DNA from: Chara braunii | Taxonomy: Eukaryota; Plantae; Charophyceae | DNA: 64,000 bases | Direction: 5' to 3' | Assembly: GCA_003427395.1 (NCBI GenBank) | Contig: BFEA01000001.1 | Location: 5,392,203-5,456,202, forward strand | Shown: piece after piece, positions 59,362-64,000 of the stretch | Layout of the letters: the number at the start of each line of letters is the position of its first letter | Position numbering within the stretch: the stretch's first letter is position 1 | The notes under the pieces: generated by a model | Database searches by the model: none | Told to the model about the DNA's origin: nothing | Seen by the model: only the letters and a program-made list of their open reading frames with translations | Program-made: the position numbers and the translations under genes

Positions 59362-59409
59362 GAATTACCTGGGACCCGGTCAGTTTGATGATGATGCCTC
59401 AAGGTCGTC
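59362..59409 (+). mobile_element. Another copy of the SINE 3' tail motif
   Basis: GAATTACCTGGGACCCGGTCAGTTTGATGATGATGCCTCAAGGTCGTC aligns with 30155-30213 and with the tail of the SINE at 31439-31683. Confidence 0.55.
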
Positions 59410-60631
59410 AGGGGGGGGGGGGAAGGGTATTGGTACTACTGGAATGGAGGCCGCAAGAGACACGTCCCTATTCGCAGACGGTAGAAGAAACATCTGGGCA
59501 GTTTCTTCATTATCTTTTCCAAGTTGGATTAATGCTGAGGCATTTCTACACCCACTAAGATCAGTCCAAGTCCAGGCTATTTTTTGCTTTTCAGTGTTTT
59601 GTGTCTCGGGGGGTACAAATGGGGTTTCGACTTTGAAGGTTTAGAAGGGCTACAAGGAGATGTACCTTAATCTTTTCAATTGATTTTTTTTCCCTTTGAA
59701 AAAAAATGAGTTTCCGTCTCTGAGTTCACAGTGAACTCGAAAAGGATCGTCAGCCAAAAGCTGCTCAAATAACTTCATATTCCATTTCTACTTTTCGGCC
59801 TTTCCCAGGTTCTTTTGCTCGACTCCCACCCCCTCTTTTTCCTGCTGGTGGTCTTTTTCCGTCGTTGTTGCGGGTATCGCTGGGACCTTGCCCAGGGCCA
59901 GCCTTGCACAGCAGAGCCCGGAGGTGCAGCCGCGTATCAGAGATTCCAATTATTTTATAGAAAAACAATCAGTAATAGTGCAAGGTAAATGAGCAACAGC
60001 GAAATAGACCAAATTCCAGATTGCAAAATCGCCTTGAAAGCCAGAAAAAGTAGAAAGCTGTCCAGAAAGCAGAAATGCACTGATGTCACACCGAAGGAGA
60101 ACCAAAGCAGCGAACTCAATTGTAAACGAAGCGTACTCTCGGCACGACCAGCAATGCAATCGAAGCTCTTCCTCCTAATGGCGCTCAGTGCCCAGACTAC
60201 TATCCTACAGCTAAACTACCAGCCTAGGAAATGACGAAGCAACCAATTGACGTCAGCAGCAGCAATCAAAGTACATCCAGATATAGATCATGTGGACCTC
60301 CGCAAAGACCAGGTACGTGCCCTCACATCACTTCCCCTCTCCCCATTTATGCTCATCCTGAACTTCGTCTCCCACGTCTCCTTACTGCCCAAAGACCACC
60401 ACCACACGCCGCCAGCTATGTAGTCCGCCTGGGCTATGGTGCTGCCTTCATGCGGCGCCCACTCTCCTGCAGCATCCGCGCGAGCGCTGCCTGCCAGTGG
60501 CCTTCACTATGCTATCCAGCAGCGCTGCCGCCCGAATATGCAAGCGCCCAAATACTCCCTTCGTAGCCTGGCCCTTTCCTAAATGGAAAGTGGCCGGGCT
60601 CATGGGCTGCTCGCCTGGGATGCGCACGCGC

Positions 60632-60798
60632 CCAGTAGCTTCACTTTGGGCCGAAGTGTCTGCGCCCAGGCCCATTCAGACAGTGGCCTGGGACCGAATC
60701 GGTTAGGCATGCCCGCCAGTAGCTTCACTTTGGGCTGAAGTGTCTGTGCCCAGGCCCATTCAGACAGTGGCCTGGGACCGAATCGGTTAGGCAGGCCC
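60632..60798. repeat. 84-bp two-copy tandem duplication
   Basis: CCAGTAGCTTCACTTTGGGC.GAAGTGTCTG...CCGAATCGGTTAGGCA at 60632 and 60716. Confidence 0.92.
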
Positions 60799-61022
60799 AA
60801 CCACCCAGGCGCAAACATGCGGTGTTCCCTGCTTTAGCCTAGGAGGCTCACAAATGTTTCTGATTCTCATGAGCAAGGCGGATGTAACCAACTGGTGCGT
60901 GGCAACTGTCTGGCGCCCACCAAAGCTTTGCAAAATTGATGAACTCAGACCTCATTGAAATTTTGGGGCCCTCACAGGCAAGCAGAAGATCTAAATCCTC
61001 GCAGTAGTTGCTCTATGCTGGC

Positions 61023-61744
61023 AGATCGACCCCGAAGGAACTTGATGAATTAAGGAAACAACTGCAGGAACTAACTAACAAGGGATGGATTAGACCTAGC
61101 TCTTCTCCTTATGGGGCTCCTTTTTTTTTTTTTTTTTTTTTAATAATAATTAAACTCCCTTCCAGTGCTAGTTCTTGTTCGTTCCCAAAAAGGAAGGTGA
61201 ATTACGGCTCTGTATTGATTAATGAGGGTTGAATGCGATCACTGTTAATAATGTCGGACCTCTCCCTCGAATTGATAACCTTCTGGATCAATTACAAGGA
61301 TGCAGGTACTTTAGTAAAATTGACTTGAAGTCCGGCTACCATCAGATTGAGCTCGCCTCTGGAGATCAGCACAAGACGGCCTTCAGAACAACGTATGGTC
61401 GCTATGAGTTCATAGCGATGCCTTTTGGGCTGACTAACGCACCTGCCACGTTCCAAAGGTGACTGAAAGAGTTGTTTAGAGAATGGTTGGATCAATTCGT
61501 AGTAGTAAACCTTGATGAATTCCTGGTCTTCTGCAAGACACTGGAAGACCGTGCGGAGCATCTACGTTTGGTTCTACAAAAAATGAAAGAAGGAAACTTC
61601 AAATTGAATCCTAAGAAGTCTGAATTCGCAAAATCTGAAGTTCTATACTTAGGACAAGTCGTGAATGAAAATGGGTTGAGACCAGAGGAAAAGAAGATTG
61701 CTGCTGTAAGAGATTGACCTAAGCCAAAAACACCAACTGATTTG

Positions 61745-61748
<4 letters not shown>
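61023..61748 (+). pseudogene. Ty3/gypsy LTR retrotransposon reverse transcriptase pseudogene
   Basis: [86 protein letters not shown] and YLGQVV. The catalytic YLDD is degraded to NLDE. It has stops and a poly(T) insertion, and ends in (TG)n at 61750. Confidence 0.95.
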
Positions 61749-61793
<45 letters not shown>

Positions 61794-62500
61794 NNNNNNN
61801 NNNNNNNNNNNNNNNNNNNNNNNNNNNNNNNNNNNNNNNNNNNNNNNNNNNNNNNNNNNNNNNNNNNNNNNNNNNNNNNNNNNNNNNNNNNNNNNNNNNN
61901 NNNNNNNNNNNNNNNNNNNNNNNNNNNNNNNNNNNNNNNNNNNNNNNNNNNNNNNNNNNNNNNNNNNNNNNNNNNNNNNNNNNNNNNNGACAGCACGATT
62001 TTGCGCCTCGTATCCTAACCACGTGCGCGATTTCGCACCTTAAACCTCCAACCCCCTTTCGGCGACTTACGCCCAGCTTCCCCCCTTTCCCTCCTCTGTA
62101 CTTTCCCCTCTTCTCGTACTTCCCCTTTGTCCTCCTCCTTCCCCGTCTCGTCCTCCAGCCCCGTCTCTTTCTGCCTCCCTACGCTTCCTCCCTCGGCTTC
62201 CTTTTTCTCCTCCTCGTGTTCCCTCTTCCTCTTCCTCGTCCTCCCCTTCATGTAGCTTCGTCTGCCTTTCACGATCAAAGTGAATAGGAAAGAAAAACAA
62301 ATCTACCATAGCCTCGTCCTCCTCTTCATGTCACTTCGTCTCCCTTTCGCGATCAGAGTGAGTAGGAAAGAAAAACAGAACCACCATAGCCTGTTCCGGC
62401 CCCCTTTCCCCACGCCATTATCATCTCACCTTGGCCTTGCAAATAGTGCTCCTCACTCCTTATCTTTCATCTTCATCGGCGTCGTCGTGGTAGGGTGCTT

Positions 62501-62554
<54 letters not shown>

Positions 62555-62617
62555 CCCCCCCCTCTCTCTCTCGCGCACGCACCCACCCACCCACAGTTCG
62601 TGTGAGCCCCACGAAAA

Positions 62618-62659
62618 AAGCTTGACTGTGCCAGACTGTTTCACCAACTCTTCAGGAGG
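62618..62659 (-). ncRNA. Third hammerhead-like core of the same family, with shortened stem II
   Basis: Minus strand CCTC-CTGAAGA-GTTGGT-GAAA-CAGTCTGGCACAG-TC-AAGCTTT. Confidence 0.45.
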
Positions 62660-63028
62660 TTGAACCCCGACAGTCTGCCCATGATGCATTTGCATGCATG
62701 TGTGTGTTCGTGCTTGTGTGTGTGTGCGTGCATGTGCTTGTTCGACTGGATGGGTGGGCGTTCGTGGGAGTGCATGCTGTGCGTGCATGTGCTTGTGCAT
62801 GTGCTTGTTTGACTGGACAGGCGGGCGTTCCTGGGAGTGCGTGCTGTGAGCCGCCAAAGATATGCACGGGGACCGAGCCGCTGAGCCCAAGAAAAGACCG
62901 TCCCGCCTGGAACCGGTTTCACCCCACGCCTGGCAGCCCCAACGTCGGTTGGGCTGCAAACTTCTAATCTGGGCCGTTGGCCAACTGGCACCGGGCCAAC
63001 GGCCCCGATTGCCCCGCAATCGTGAAGT

Positions 63029-63165
63029 TTAAGATCGTGGTGCAATCCGGGCCGTCGGGCCGGTAGAACCTTGAACGGCCTGGATCGCCACGCGATCTTA
63101 AAATCTTAAGATCGCTGGGCAATCCGGGCCGTCAGGCCGGTCTTTCCGCAGACGGCCCGGATGCC
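63029..63165. repeat. Direct and inverted repeat cluster, possibly the subterminal region of a DNA transposon
   Basis: TTAAGATCG...GCAATCCGGGCCGTC..GCCGGT occurs twice, each followed by an inverted ACGGCC.GGAT. Confidence 0.5.
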
Positions 63166-64000
63166 AAAATTCTCACATTAGCGATTTTAATAAGTGTAGG
63201 GATCTGATTCCATCAGGATTCGAACTTGGGTCTGTTTGTCAACACAGATCAAAGAAAAGGGAAAGCAAAAGAACAGCACAACACAGCAGAGCAAAACGAA
63301 ACCAAAAGCAAAAGCAACAAAAGAAATGCATTACTTTCCTTAAACCACCACTCTACCCGAGTTGGAAAGTTGGGGGACCGGTAGCACAGGTTCATGAGGC
63401 TACCGGTAGCGTAGTGTGGAGAACTGGCACAGCGGCGACAATGGAAAATGCGATGAATTGACACCACGACCTATTTCGTGGTTGAAACAAAATTTTAAAA
63501 TTTTTAAAATGTTTGCAATACCCCGCCTAATATGCCCTGAAGTGGCCCTCAGGCCACACGCAGGCCGCAACCCCGGTCAGAGGCCACAAAGGCCAGGGGA
63601 GAAATTCCCTTGTTGACCCACGGCCTGTGCACCTGACAGTTGACTTTGGTCAACTGCCCAGCGGGCCAAGAGTCAAAGCCGTATGTACCCAGCCCAGGCC
63701 GCCGGTCAGACACACACACTTGTTTGTATGCAGGTACCAAGACAGCATCAGAACCAAGTGACAGTCTGCAACTGTACGCAATCCAGGCCCTCGGCTGTGA
63801 GTCAATCTGGGCCACCTTGGGTGAGGGAAGCCCGAGGGAGTGGGAAATGTTGGGCTACTCTCTGTGTGGTCATTGATGATTACTATCTCTTCCACCTTCT
63901 AATCTGTCTATTCCCGCTCCACTCTCTTCGTATACTGGAAACGAGACATTGTATCAGAGATCACATTCATGATTATTGGGGAAATTGTTCAGAGTTGAGT

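Overview
Repeat-rich eukaryotic nuclear DNA from a gapped short-read draft assembly with many N runs and one leftover Nextera mate-pair junction adapter at 50171-50204. The organism is probably a streptophyte, and a charophyte alga such as Chara is plausible. That is inferred from plant-type genes, a plant/algal U6, and an atp6 fragment that needs no RNA editing. Three intact protein genes lie on the minus strand, each a single uninterrupted ORF: a GT61-family glycosyltransferase, a RUG3-like mitochondrial RCC1-repeat protein, and a SEC23D-like Sec23/24 protein. The rest is mostly decayed mobile DNA: L1/Tx1-like LINE remnants, a Ty3/gypsy RT pseudogene, hAT-like MITEs, a rearranged atp6 NUMT, microsatellites and many local tandem duplications. 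The most interesting signal is a set of small RNA-derived retroelements: (i) ~94-bp head-to-tail repeats each carrying a hammerhead-ribozyme-like core, (ii) two poly(A)-tailed U6 snRNA retrocopies, (iii) three TSD-flanked SINEs sharing one tRNA-like head but with different bodies, and (iv) a repeat family with 2-3 tandem tRNA-like Pol III units just inside an LTR-like TGT start. All family assignments are from motif recognition by eye; no database searches were run.
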